Source: Camelus ferus
Taxonomy: Eukaryota
NCBI RefSeq assembly: GCF_009834535.1
Contig: NC_045697.1
Coordinates: 26,972,001 to 27,036,000, forward strand
Direction: 5' to 3'
DNA: 64,000 nt
The translations under genes and the position numbers were made by a program. Shown here piece by piece: positions 11,160-24,193 of this stretch (the stretch's first letter is position 1; each line of letters opens with the position of its first letter). The notes below the pieces were generated by a model that saw only the letters and a program-made list of their open reading frames with translations, had not been told where the DNA came from and did not search any database.

Positions 11160-11330
11160 AGAGCTAGAAAAGAACCTTAAAAGTCATCTGGTCTAACCAC
11201 CGTAATTTACAGATGTGGAAACTGAGGCTCAAAGAGGTTAAATGATGTTTCCAAGGTCACATAGCTGCTAACTGGAAAAGTTACTGGGACCAGAATCTAT
11301 GAGTCCCAATTTCCAGTTCAGCCTTCTTCC
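11160..11330 (-). mobile_element. MIR (MIR3/MIRc-like) SINE
   Basis: tttacagatgtggaaactgaggctcaaagaggttaaatgatgtttccaaggtcacatagct. Confidence 0.85.
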
Positions 11331-11474
11331 TACTTCTTCCTACTCCCATCCAAAAAGTGGAAATTTTAGTGGTATGGAAAATTCATTATCTGTTGATGTA
11401 CATTTTCCCTCAAATATTATAATACCATATATGTAATATGTAAAAATATAAATATTATAATTATTTATATACAT

Positions 11475-11970
11475 AGTATCAGTTATCTATTGCTGTGTAA
11501 CAAACAACCCCCAAACATAATGGCTTAAAACAACCACCATTTATTTAGTTTATGACTTTGTGGATCGGCAGTTTGGGCCTGGCCAATCTACTGGTCTTGT
11601 CCAGGCTCCCTTACGCATCTGTGGTAACCAGGGTGGCTCTGTCTCTGGGTGTTGGCTGACTGTTGGCTGAGTCCACGAGGGAGCAGCTGGGCCTCATGCC
11701 CTCCATCACTGGACAGGCAGGCCTGGGCTTGTTCATGTGTCAGCTCAGCATGATTGTAAGCAGGAGCACAGGAGCAAGGCTCCTTAAGGTCTAGGCTGAA
11801 ATGGACACAAGTTGCTTCTCCTCCAGGGTTAGCACATCAAGAGGTCAGTCCAGATGCAAGGGGTGGAGAAACAGACTCCACCTTTTGATGGGAGGAACTG
11901 CAGAGTCATCAGAGAACGGCATGGGTTCAGGGAAGAGTGGAGAGTTGTGGTCAGTTTTGTAGTCTACCAC
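11475..11970 (-). mobile_element. MLT1 (ERVL-MaLR) solo LTR
   Basis: Starts tatcagttatctattgctgtgtaacaaacaacccccaaacataatggcttaaaacaac and ends ...tttgtagtctaccac. Confidence 0.85.
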
Positions 11971-12574
11971 GTTGGTAGAGTACTTTATGTAACTTACCTG
12001 ATTCTCACAAAGACACTAGAGATTAAGGTGGAATTCCTATTTTAGAGGTGAAGTAATTGAAATGCAGACATATTAGTCTGCATTAGGCAGGGGATGCAGC
12101 TGGTGAGTGATGGAACCAGCATTGGCACTCATACCTGTCCCAAAGCCCGTGTCTGTAACCACGACGCAGTTCTGCCTCTGTCCCTGTGTATGGTGCTGCA
12201 GAGAAGGGTGGTATTAAGCATCATAAGCACAGAGTTTTGTATGAACAAAATTTAACTTTAAGAATCCTTTTTCTCGATTTATGTGCTAAAAGAAAGTCAG
12301 ATAAGATTCAGAGTAAAGAGAAATAAAGTGGGTTATCAGAGAAGCATAATAGGGGACAAGATGATGAGCTTGGGGGAGCCAAGGGAAAGACAGATTTGAA
12401 AAGCATAGTATCTATTTATGACTATCTCAAAAGATCCTCCCATCATTTATATAAAATAGGTAACATTCCCACTATTTTATTTGCCTGATGGAGATTACAT
12501 TTAAACCCATGTCTGTATGTCTCCAAAAACTACCCCTGCCCCATTTTTTTTCCCCAGTGAGCCAATAGGCTTTG

Positions 12575-12734
12575 CTCCTTGAAGTGGGGTCCATGGACCA
12601 GCAGCATGGTGGTCACCTGGGAGCTGATTAGAATTGCAGCATCTTGCCCCAACCTCAGATCTATTGAATCTGAATCTGCATTTTAACAAGATCCTCAGAT
12701 GATTCATAAGCACAGTGAAGTCTGAGAAGCACTG
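12575..12734. mobile_element. MER5-type MITE
   Basis: ggaccagcagcat...cacctgggagctgattagaattgcag...gaatctgaatctgcattttaacaagatcc...tgagaagcactg. Confidence 0.85.
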
Positions 12735-13239
12735 CACTAAAGGGACCACAGGGGGAATGATTTGTAATAAGATGGGCTGGTGGAAGGGCATTCGAGACAG
12801 GGAGAACAGCAAGAGCAAAGGTCCTGAGGCTGGAGTCTGTGAGCAGGTGAAGAATTTCCTGGGCTAGAGGAGGGGCATGTGTTTCTAAGGAAAGAAAGAG
12901 AGGAAGTGAAGATGGTTCTGGACTGCCCAGTTCTGAATTGTGTCTCTGAAACTTTAGGTTGGGGCGATATCTTTGCATTCTTTACTACTGAAAAAGAAGA
13001 TACTTCTTGGTGGTAAGGGTGGTTTTGGCTTTTTGTTTGTTTTCAGGCAGCTTTCCCCATTCCTTTAATTTGTGCTAGTTTTTCAACTTTCACTAAGATG
13101 CAGTTCAAATGTTAAAAGTTCCAAATCTGCATGCCTGTGTAAATTTCCTATATATATAGTAAGAGAATTTTTTTGGCAGGCAATTAGTTATAATGAAAGT
13201 TATTCATATAGTTCTTCAGTTTATTAGCCCTTCCCAGCT

Positions 13240-14040
13240 GCCCTGTGACAGCTATTTAGGTAGTATTATTATGCCTCTTTCACAGTTAAGGACACTGAGA
13301 TTTAGCGAGGTCACCCAGCTGAGGTTTGAACTCAGGTCTACTGACTCCAAGCCTAATATTTCTACACACTGAGGCACTCTGCAGGTTTTACATTTAGTCT
13401 TTGGAGGAAATTGTCAATCTGATCAGTTTCAAGTTTGGGGGTATTTTTCCCCATTTATACTGTGTCAAATTCAGAAAGATGCTTGAAAGTTTATATTGGT
13501 GATTTTGAAGGAACTATTTCATGGAAACTTGAAAATGCCTCTAAAAAACTGATTTCCTCCACCACCTAATTTTCTTATTTCATTGAATCCATATGCTGAT
13601 TCTAATACATGCTTTATATTTCAAATGATATGAGTTATTTTGCCCTTTTCTTTGATTAAAAGATTTTGATTTATTTCTAAATAAATGTTTAAGCCAATTT
13701 CTTAAGCAACTAAGCTGAGGCTTTTAAAACATCCATGGGTTATAGAATCCTGACCTGGAAGGGGGCTTCACTGAGCCAAACACCTCATTTTATGGATAAG
13801 AAAACAGAGGCCTGGAGAGAAGGGAGCTTATTGAGAGATACCGCATAAGTCGGAAGCAAAGCTAGGGCTAGAACCCTTGTTTCTAATTTCCAGTCCTGCA
13901 CCCTCTGACTAAACTACTTCAGAGCAATTCCTTTCCCTGCTGAGCTTGCCAGCCTCCCATGGGCAGCGTGGGGCACTCAGATGTCCAAATCCAGGTGACC
14001 TGGGTCTGAATCCTGGTTTGCTAGCTATCTAGCGGGTAAC
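13240..14040. mobile_element. Cluster of MIR fragments (about 13240-13370 -, 13740-13900 -, 13970-14040 +)
   Basis: MIR core motifs (gaggtttgaactcaggtctactgactccaa; ttttatggataagaaaacagaggcctggagag; ctgggtctgaatcctggtttgct). Confidence 0.65.
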
Positions 14041-14069
14041 AAATTGTATTTGCTGCTACTGTCATTTCT

Positions 14070-14189
14070 TTTTCTTTTTTGAGGGGGAGGGGTTGGAGGG
14101 GTAGGCAGTTAGGTTTATTTGGGTTTTTTTAGAGGAGGTGCTGGGGATTGAACCCAGGACCTTGTGCATGCTAAGCCATACCCTCCCCC
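14070..14189 (-). mobile_element. Camelid tRNA-derived SINE (vic-1-like), internally deleted
   Basis: ggtgctggggattgaacccaggaccttgtgcatgctaagc...ataccctcccc. Flanked by gtcatttct direct repeats at 14061-14069 and 14196-14204. Confidence 0.85.
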
Positions 14190-15184
14190 TGCCCCGTCAT
14201 TTCTAAAGAGAATTGTGAAACATAGTTAATTGACTAGACAGTCAAGATTTAGTTTACAAAGTACAGTTTCTCTGCATTCTCTTTTCAACTTGATGGGACA
14301 GCTTTCATGGTCCTCACTGGGATTTGGTTTTGGTGAAGGATGCCAAGTATTCTCGGAGTGGGCATGATAAAAGCTTCAGAGATACGCTGCAAGCCAGGCC
14401 GAAGTCCAGCCTCAGAAGACCGCTGATGGAGGCCTGATTCCCCCTCTGCGAAGTGAGTTCAGTCTCTGTGACTGACTTAGCGCTTTCTCTTTTCAAAGCG
14501 AAAAGGCCAGCGTTTCCTGGTCCTGAAACGCAGGCCAAACTGGCTCTGGGGAGGGAGCCTGGAAACAAAGGAGGGTGCGAAGTCACAGCCCACTGGCGTG
14601 GAGAGAGCTCAGAGTTGTTTATATAATCCCCTGCCTAAAGTCAAAGATTGAATGGAGCAAAAGAAGTGTGACCTTTATGTAATCAAAAGAAAAAAAATGC
14701 TGAAGCAGCTTTAGAGAAAGTGAAATTACTGAAACTGCAACCCTGGAAAGGCAGTTGTCCTGTAAGAGTTAATTAGACAAAGAAGAAGCAAAACAAGTGA
14801 ACAAACAAAAACCCCAGAATTCACCAGGCCAGCATCGTGCAGGGCCCTGGCTGGCAGGTGTGACTGGGCGAGACACAGAAATCATCGGAATCATCCTCTC
14901 AAAGCCATGACAGCACCATATGCATGTTTGGTCCCCTTAAATGTCTTTACTCGCTCTGTTTGCAGGTGCTTACCACCTGTGTAGTTTATGGGAGCCCTTT
15001 GAAAAGAAACCAAGGGTGGGGTTGTATTTTCTTCTGTCACTAAGCCAGCAGGTCAGCTGTGCTTCTCAAGTGAGGAGGAAGAGATGTGACGTGACCCCCA
15101 GCCTTGGAGTCAGGCCTGCCTCCCCCCGAGGGGATGGCAGTAAGGCCTGGACTCCCATCAGGTTTGAGTCCTGACTCTGCCACT

Positions 15185-15345
15185 TGCTGTGGGTCCCCCA
15201 ACATTTCCCATAACCTCCCTGAGTTTCAGTTTCCTTGTCTGTAAAGCTGCATGTGTCGGTACTTGGTAAATCCTTAATAAATCCCATCCTTGGCCTCTGT
15301 GGCCTTCCGTTTTCTCGAATGTGAAATGAGAGGTTTGGACCAGAG
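15185..15345 (+). mobile_element. MIR fragments
   Basis: taacctccctgagtttcagtttccttgtctgtaaa, preceded by gtttgagtcctgactctgccacttgctgtg. Confidence 0.7.
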
Positions 15346-15959
15346 CAGCAACGTGGGGTACAGGATGGAAGGAAGGGGTGGGGCAGGAGAGGTGTTCAAA
15401 CAACAACGCTTCTCCTCCCAGCTCACCTCACCTTTACCTTGGATACAAGCCACATGAATAACAGGAAACTTCAAACTTAAGCACATGGGATTTCCCCGGA
15501 ATTTCTAACTAGATATTTAACTTTCCTTACTGTAAAATGGTCTCCTTAATTATCTGTCCAGGGGTAGTTTTAAATCCTCTGTGGACCTCACGCATGTAAA
15601 GAGCTTTGGGCTGCAATGTTTTCCATGTTTGTATTAGTGGGAAGTAGGGAGGATGCTAAGGACTTGACATGTGGTAACAAAGTAAAAGTGGAGCTCTCTG
15701 AGACAGCAGAGCTTACCTGCATACTGAATTGATCCTTCTGTAAGTGTTGCGATGAAAGGAAACTGAAATATGCAGTGTGAGGTGGGGAAGGTGACTTTTG
15801 TCTGGTCCTCCAGTCAACGAAGGATTTTCAGCGTCACTAAGTTGGCATGTATAGTATTTAAAAAAGGGGCATTGCCTCACCCTTGTATTTTATATATTCT
15901 CCATCCTTCACCTTGTGAGTTTGGTTGGATTTTTTTTTAATATGTTGTAAAAATCTTTA

Positions 15960-16400
15960 AAAAAAATTACTGATGCTGTGGGGAACAAAATCTGGATGCT
16001 CTCTATTAAACAGATGTCGACAGAGGCTGTGGGGATACAGATGTTAGTAAAGCAGGCCTGGACGCGGCCCCGTGGGGATCCACGCAGTCCGCAGGCAGAC
16101 AGGTCACCGTCTATGCCTGTGGGGACTGCAGCAGGGAACATCCAGGGCACTCTGCGGTACGGGGCGGGAGTGTGACCTGGACTGAGAGGCAGGAACAGCT
16201 CCTCTGAGGAAGGGCTGCCCAGCTGAGCTGCAAAGGATGAGAGGGATCTGACTGGGCAAAGGGAGCCATAGGGTGGGAACGCACACGGCATGCTCACGGT
16301 CCCGAGGTGGCAGCATTCTGGGAAGTGTCCCGAGCACGGGGAGGGCCAGGAGAGATAACAGAAGGTAGACTGTGTGGGGTCTTGTAAGCTACATGCTGTA
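15960..16400 (-). mobile_element. L2 remnant
   Basis: aaacagatgtcgacagagg...ctctgaggaagggctgcccagctgagctgcaaaggatgag. Confidence 0.5.
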
Positions 16401-17439
16401 ATCTGACCTCAACCAATCTGGTCCTTCTTATTTACTGAGGACATTTTTGATGGGTGTTGAAAACTCCAGTATTAAGAAGTGGCTGAGGGTAAAGTTCTCC
16501 TTCCCCTTTGGTCTCACATGTGGTCCCAAAGCAAATCTCAGGCCCAGCCGAGCCTCACATTGTAACATTGATTAGTAAGCAGGGATCAGATCCATCGTGC
16601 AACCTGTTTTGTAAGCTTGGTGAAGTCCCTCGTTCTGTTCTTGTGGTTTCTCCAACTTCATGGGAAATTCATTGGAGGCAAATGTGACACTCCTCTAGAG
16701 GCTGGGTTGAGTTAACCTAAGAGTTTAATTTAAGCAACAGGAACTAGACAAGGCATTTTGCACAAACATGTATTGGGAATCACTGGGAAGGGCCCAGGTA
16801 CAGGATCACTACCATGTACCATTTAATGCAAGCGTGGGGCTGCCTCTACACTACTTCTAACCAGTCCACACGTCCTATACAAAACCAGTTTCACCAAGGA
16901 AAAGTAACTTCTACTATTCATTTGTTCCTTAATAAAGTCCTCTGTTGATTGCAGATAAGGAAGCTAACATTCCTTTAGAAACCACCTCTGGATTATGGCC
17001 TTCTGATAACATCTTCCTAACCGTCTCTGAAGTGTGTGTTCCTGATTAGGGTAACTAATTTAATCTGCATCCCAGGGTGCAGATGGAAAACACACTCATA
17101 AATTCCAGCCTGTCTGTGCTGATGCATCTTACAATGCACTGTAGACAACACAGCCATTGCAAGGCAGTGGTCTTGGTCCTAGCAACAGAGAGAAGCCAGT
17201 AAGGTCATAAATTGGGAAATAACAAGATTTGTATCTCTGGCTGCAGGTTGGGAAACTGGAAGGAAGACATAGGAGAGAGGAGGCCAGTTAAGGGGCTGTT
17301 GCATGAGATGTTGAATCTCCACTTGAATAAAGTGGAGGTAATTTGACTGAGAGAAGTGGACGGGTTCCTGAGATACGTTAGATGAAATCACCAGGACCTG
17401 GTGATGGATTGGAAATGGGAAGTGAGAGAGGAGGTGTCA

Positions 17440-17870
17440 ATATTAAATTTTAGGACAGGGAACACAAAGGAATTTTGTTACAGTGTTGTTTGTGATCATA
17501 AAGAAAAAAACAGTGTATCTATTGTCAATAAACACTGGCTAAATAAAGTACAATTTATAGATACAATGCAGTACCCTGCACTGATGAAAGAAATGAGTTG
17601 CATTTGTGATGACATGGTGGGAAGATGTTCAGGAAATAAACTTAAATGTTTAAAATTTGTTAAAGAAACATGTACTTAGTGTTCCACTTTAATACAATTA
17701 GTAATGATTGTGATTAGCATTTATAATATCCAGAAGAAAAAATTCCAGCTGTGTTTATCTGTGAGGCAGAGGTTATCAGGGATATTTGCAGTCTGTACTC
17801 TGAAATTTTTGCAACTGAGAAATCAAATTTTGCAGAAAATGAGCAGACTACCCTACTTCTATCATGAAAA
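17440..17870 (+). mobile_element. Ancient L1 (L1ME-like) 3' fragment
   Basis: cagtgttgtttgtgat...ggctaaataaagtacaatttatagatacaatgcagtac. Confidence 0.5.
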
Positions 17871-17939
17871 CTCCTGGTCATTTTATCCCAACATGATTAC
17901 TCCCGCTTTTGAATACACAGTCCACGATCATTCCCATAA

Positions 17940-18110
17940 TGTTAGGTCCAAAAAAGGCTTTAAAGGTCATTTAGCTCAACGTCCCCATTTCACAGATGAG
18001 GAAACTGAGGCCCAGAGAGGTTAATGGCTTGGCTACAGTCACATAACCCTAAACTAATAGCAGAGCCAAGACTAGAACCCAGAGACTCTCCATCTGGAAT
18101 TCTTTATACT
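17940..18110 (-). mobile_element. MIR (MIR3-like) SINE
   Basis: ccccatttcacagatgaggaaactgaggcccagagaggttaatggcttgg...agagccaagactagaacccag. Confidence 0.88.
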
Positions 18111-20859
18111 TCAACAGGCAAAGCCTCCTCCAGCACTCACTCTATCTGTGAATAACTTGGCTTTTACTGGACGGTCCAGTGAATAGATCTGTCTCGTCCA
18201 GTAAATGATGTGCTCAGACTCCAAGAGTCAGTGTTCAGCCTCATGCTCAACATACTGTAAAACACTCATTAAAGCAGTTGAAAGACTAGTTAGACTTCAG
18301 ATCTAAACCTCAGGAAGGAGAAAGACTCCTGCATGGGGCTTGCCCTCAGCACACACACAGCCACACACACACTCTCTCTCCCACCCTCTCCCACCCCCAC
18401 ATGCTAAGCATAAGTCCAGGGCACTTGGCTCTGTTGCCTAATTGGCTATGCTGGCAAAATGGACTTTGGATTTAAGCGAGGGTCAATGGTACACCAACAG
18501 ACTGATAATCCTGAACTTCCTAAAGGAAATGGCATGGCTCTTGAAGGGTACTTTTCATTTGTGGATAAGGTCAGTGATTTCCCACAGCTGTCTTCAGAAC
18601 TCCCTTCCCACAGTTACATAGCCCCTTCACACAGTATTTCAGAGACTATTTCTTCTCTTACAGAAATGCAGCCTGATTGTGGGCCCAGAGCAGTGTGTCA
18701 GGTTGTCCACTGTCACTGGTGGTGGCCCAGAGAACTGGACGTTTTTGGATTGCAATTCACTGGCAGAAATGAGGCTAGCGACTCCGTCGTCCTTAGACTG
18801 GGAAATACCCAGGGGCAGCTGGGGCCACGTGCCCCAGTCTTCTTAGGGCTGTTTGGCTTTCCCACCTTTGGAACCTGATTCTTTTCTTCTTTTCCCCTGA
18901 AGCTAATCAAAATGCTTTTGTTTATACTGAACTACACTTGGCATCTGGTGTTCATCACCTAAATGGGCTGCTGTCTTTCGGAAACTCTTCTGCTCCCATT
19001 TTGCAAATTTGGTGAACTTGTTTCCAGTGTTTTATTAATTTATTTCAACTCAGCATTTTCCATATCTTAAAATTTTCCATTTTTAAAGTGACCATCTGTT
19101 TTATTTTTTTAGACTCTATGCACACACACATTTATATACAGTTTAGTTTTAAGCTCTTTCAAACCACTTTTTCTTTCTCCTATTGCTAATCTTGTGTGGG
19201 TTCACGGTGCTTTAGTGTGTAAAGTATCCATAAGATGCATTTGTACATTTTATCTGAAAATTGAGAAAAGCCAAAAATAGTTGTGTCACAACTGTGATTT
19301 GCCTTTAAGTTGTATTAAGCAAGCTAATATTTTGATGAAAATGAAAATAAACGGTTAATTTAAAGTACTGGTAATTCTTTCCTCTCAGTCAACTCTATGT
19401 CCATCTTTCAGTAAGTGCACATTCTGCTTTTCACAAGTGCAGAAATTTAGCTTCCTGAATACGAGCCACATGCAGAGGCAGAGAGTTTGAGCAAGAGGAG
19501 AATGTGTACCCTTCCTCAGCGGTATAGCCAGTAGCTATTGCAAATGGAACAGAAAGGAATGTGAGCGAACTCAACAGATCTTAAGAGTCAGAAAGGTCCA
19601 AGACAGCAGAGCCCTGGAGGGATTACTAGAGATATGTGACCCAGCCCTGGACTGCCCGTGTGCCTTTTAGAAATACCTGGAAAAAGTTACATTTCTCATC
19701 GTTCAACTATAGCCAGACCAAGCCATAATCTGACAGTTAATTTTGATGTGAGATATAGTTACCAAGTTTTCTAGTAAAATGCAAAAGACTTTGGATGAAT
19801 AGCAGGAAAGACTATTTGAAATCAGTCTTCCCTGAAAACTCAAAAATTCACATTCCCCATAACTTGCCCAAATGACTATGACAAAGTATTTTCGTGCTGA
19901 CACTGCAACACAGGGGGAGATACAGTTTTTAATGCCTAAATGCTGTAACATTTTAATTGTTAACAGAGATAATAGCCTCTAATGGACATTAAACTTTCCA
20001 TGAAAAAATTAGAATGTAAGAGTCTATAGGTATAATTAAGGGCTAGACCAGGTAGACTTGCTAATGTCTCTTAATATCCATAATTAACAAATACTTGAGT
20101 GCCTTCTATGGTTTTGAGGGGGGCTTTTTTTTTTCCTCTATAAGGTTTTGAAAGTAAGGAGATGTAACAAAAAATTAATGACCTTACAATCAAAAGTATG
20201 GAAATGTTTCTCTGCTAGAACTTCTCAGTTGGGACTGATTAAGGAATATTTATTTCTGAGCAAAGTATAGAAGAAAGCCAATGGAGAAAGGGGTGCTGTA
20301 TCTTTAAATTTGGAGATATTTTATAATTGTCCTTGAAGTTTCTATTTTCATTTGTTTGCTTTGGGTGGGACATGGAAAAATATTTGCCTACTGGATGGTA
20401 CTAATCTTCATGCATGTGTTCATGCATTTCCTTTCCTGAGAAAGGTGGGGGCAATTCATGGTAATGCCTTTTATTTTTAAATGTTTGCAGATGTGTGAAT
20501 TCCTGTCCTAAAAATCGGTTAAGTTCAAGCTCATTGAGTACCATAAGAAAAGACGTCTCTGAGACACTCAAAGTGTGAAACTTCAAACGCTGGGTTTTCT
20601 AGTTACATGTTATCCCAGAAGCTACCTTACTTACGTGATCAGTATTTTCATAATAAATCGGTTATTAGCAAAGTACTGATGAACTCTAATATTCTAAATA
20701 ACATTGTTTGGAAAAATTTTACACTTGTTTAAATAGGTTTTTTTTGTTTCGTTTTTAATGTTTAGGTAGAATTTAAATTATTTTCAGTGGCTTGGAGGCA
20801 AGGTATGTTGTTGTTGTTGTTTTTCTTAAGGGAATTAAAATCCCAGTAGTGCAGAAATT

Positions 20860-21330
20860 CTTATTCACTCAACAGATATGTATTGAACATTTCCCATATG
20901 CCCGGCCTACAGGGAAAATGTAAACCAGCTTTCCTGCAACCCCACAGTGAGCATTTTTCACAAATGCAGAACTTTAATTTGCAAATAAAATTCTTGAACA
21001 CTGTGCCCCTATACCATATACTTGGAGCACCAGCTCCCTGGTAGGCTTTGAGCAGTGTGCTGACTGGGATCCAGAAGTGAACAGAGTCCCTAGCTTATGA
21101 TATCTGGTGGGAAAGAGGCACATGAAATCATCATATAAATAAAACTAGAATTTCAACTTGTGATGCAACAAAGGAAACAGAAAAGGAATGTGGGACAGCT
21201 TTTATGGGATCTGCTTTAGATGGGGAGTGGGGAGAGGCCAGGGAAGGCTTTTCAGAGAAAGTGGTGCTCAAAGCAGAAGAGCGAGGGAAAGTCAGCCAGG
21301 GAGAGCGGTGGAGAAAACTGGTTGTGGATA
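20860..21330 (-). mobile_element. L2 3' remnant
   Basis: attcactcaacagatatgtattgaacatttcccatatgccc matches the L2 tail in reverse complement. Confidence 0.6.
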
Positions 21331-21849
21331 TTTTTATTAAGGGGGTGGAAGGCAGGAGCCAGGAACCCCAGTTTGTAGTTTGAGAGCCACCAGGAACCTC
21401 TCTTGACCGTCTTAATCTCTGGACTCATTTTCTTTACTGAGAAATCAGAGTTGAAAAGAAACCTCTAGATTCCTTCTCTGATCTGTGAGCCGTAGGAACT
21501 GCTACTCTACCAGGAAGCCCTCTCCTCTGATGGTTCCGTCTGGGCCGGTTCTGGAACTGTCATCATCCTAGCCCAGATCCCAGGTGTTCCCAGGAACTGT
21601 GTGCCGAGTCCTCGCCAGGCTGGCCGGGCTGAGCCGGATTCAGGCAGTTGGGCTGAGCTCTCCGGGCTTCCTGCCCCGCCTGCATCCATACACTTATCTC
21701 ACTCGTATCAATCCTTTCCTCATTCCCTCCATTCTCCGAGAATAAGGTGTTCCCTTTCTTGTTCAAGGTCAGCCTTTTCACTGTGAATCTTAGCACTCCC
21801 ACCCTCCCCCAAAAGGAGTCATCTCCCTCCGCAGTAAACACACTCAAAT

Positions 21850-22280
21850 CTTTTTTTTTAACTAAAATAAAATACAGAATAAATGCCTCTTCCTTTGAGC
21901 CACATTCTTCCAATTTTTGTCTACCATTCCATCTCTGTTTCCCTTATTAAAATTTTTAATTAAAAAGTCTTAAAGAATTCTTGAGTCGTTGCTGCCTTTA
22001 AAAGCTGTTCTCCATTTCTCATCTCCGGCTCGCTCTCCATACGTAGCTCTTTGTTTTCTCCCCACATCATGACATGAAAGTTTCACTGATGAAATTCGAA
22101 TCTTAAATTTAAATATGTGACCATCAAATCTAATGGGCCTGTTTCATCCCCTTACCTTATAAATTTCCCGGCTGCATTTCAAACTACTGGTCTTGGTGAT
22201 GCCTTCCTTTTGGAAAGCCTCTTTCCCTTGACTCCTGTTATGCTCTTACATTTCTCCCTTTTGGTTCTCCTACTTCTAGG
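21850..22280 (+). mobile_element. L2 remnant (continues at about 23360-23570)
   Basis: Pyrimidine-rich L2 motifs (catcaaatctaatgggc...gctgcatt...ccttccttttggaaagcctctttcccttg). Confidence 0.5.
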
Positions 22281-23679
22281 ATCAGCTCCTATTCACCTGC
22301 CACCTATGATCAAGTCTGACGGGAGTGGCAGGGTCAGGGGCAGGTACTGAGGCAGAATCCATTTGCAGGTCCTATACACACCCGTACGTGATGACTCTGC
22401 CATCAGGGGAGGGTGCTCAGAGAATTCAGAGTAGGATTAAGGTGATGAGGTTCATTGATTTGGGTCAGTTGGCAAGGCAGCCTATGTGGGAGGTGGAAAA
22501 ATCAAAGAAGTCTTGGCAGTTAGGTGACTGGTAATTTGAATCTTGGGGACAGAGGTGAGAGGGTGGTACCTGGGAAGATTTAGAATCAAGTACAAATATG
22601 ATGGAATAAATAAAACCCAAAAGTATTAATAATTTTAGATAAGTTTGTGGGAAAGTCTGTCTTTAATATTTTAAACACATACAATTCATGTTTAAGATAA
22701 TTAACATGAATAGCCTTGTGATTCCAATTTAAAACGTGTCATTGGGGGATTGATTTAGACTTTGGATCTTTAAGTTGAAATTTTTAAGATAATTTTGCTG
22801 TTTTATATTAGATTGAAATTTCTAAGAGAACCAAAGATTCACCTTTTTTGTGAGTTTATTAGTGTATAAAATGATGAAGTACTACGGAAGGGTTTGTTGA
22901 CTGGTCAGAAAACTGAAATAACTTAGAAAATCCAATATATTGTGTTTAAAATGTCTTTTAATTAACGAAGTTGAAAAGTCACTCAAAAAAACTAACAAAG
23001 TTGAGAGATTTTAAATAGAATGAATATAAGATTTATAATTGATCACAACTCAAGAGAAAATTACATTTTTGGATTTGTTATTTTAATAATTTACACATGA
23101 AATTTAAAAACCTAAGTAGCTGCAGGTAGTGACTTTGGAGGCCCTAGGGGACACACAGAAACCCCTGTGGCCTGTCCTGCTCCCAGGCATTGGTGCACCC
23201 CTGGCCCCCTGGTCAGTCCCTGGCGGTATCAGAGTGTGTGCACCCTTCAGGGCTCACGTGCACGTGACACCCAATGCATACCTCCCACCCTGCCCTCCCC
23301 GAGCCACTACAGATCCGTGGAAAACAGCTGCTTGCAACAGGGCCAATCGACTGGCACATCCCCAGTCCCCTTTAAACTGAACCCATCTGACCAACCTGAG
23401 TTCATCACTGCCCCACCCCCACCCGCAGTGATTTGCTCTCCCTCCTGTATTACTACCTTGGTTGATGACATCATCTGGTTTCCCTTTCCCTCAAGATGAA
23501 GGACTATGACTCAGGCACCTGTGACTCCTCAGTGCCCACCACCGACAACAGTAGGCACTCAAAAACTCTGTGAACAGGAAGGCCAAATAAAATACGGGCT
23601 GGCGTAAAGACCTGTTTTAGGACGAGTGGATGGGGAACCCCATATCTTGTTGATATTCCTTAAAATCACTGTCAGGGGA

Positions 23680-23880
23680 GCAGGAACAGCTAACGTTTAC
23701 TGAGCACCTCCTGTGTGCCAGGCACTGCAGGTGGTTTATACACATCATCTGACTTACAGGGCTGGGCTCAGAGGGGTCAGGCTGTGTTCAAGATGACGGA
23801 GCTAGTAAGTGACAGGGCCAGAGCCGGGGCGCAGTCGAGTTTTGAGTGGCTGCAGAGCACACTCTCTTAGCCAGCGGACC
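23680..23880 (-). mobile_element. MIR SINE
   Basis: agctaacgtttactgagcacctcctgtgtgccaggcactg...gagctagtaagtgacagggccagag. Confidence 0.8.
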
Positions 23881-24039
23881 TCACCTCAGCGGAGCTGCTT
23901 TCACGTTAGGTTTCCCTGAACTGATTTTTATGTAGTAACATTGCTGATGAAGGTCAAGCGATACTTAGAAACTCAGAATTTAGTTTATCACCATTTAGTC
24001 TTTTTTTTTTTCATTTCGTTATGAAAACTCACTACCAAT

Positions 24040-24193
24040 TTATTTTTTTTCTTGTTTTTTTCTTGGGGGGGGCTTGGTTTTGGGGGGGCTGGGGGGAGGG
24101 TAATTAGATTTTTTTTTTCCAATGGAGGCACTGGGAATTGAACCCATGACCTCTTACACGCTGAGCACACACTCTACCGCTGAGCTATACCCC
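24040..24193 (-). mobile_element. Camelid tRNA-derived SINE (vic-1-like)
   Basis: ggaggcactgggaattgaacccatgacctcttacacgctgagcacacactctaccgctgagctatacccc, with a T-rich tail on the left. Confidence 0.88.
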
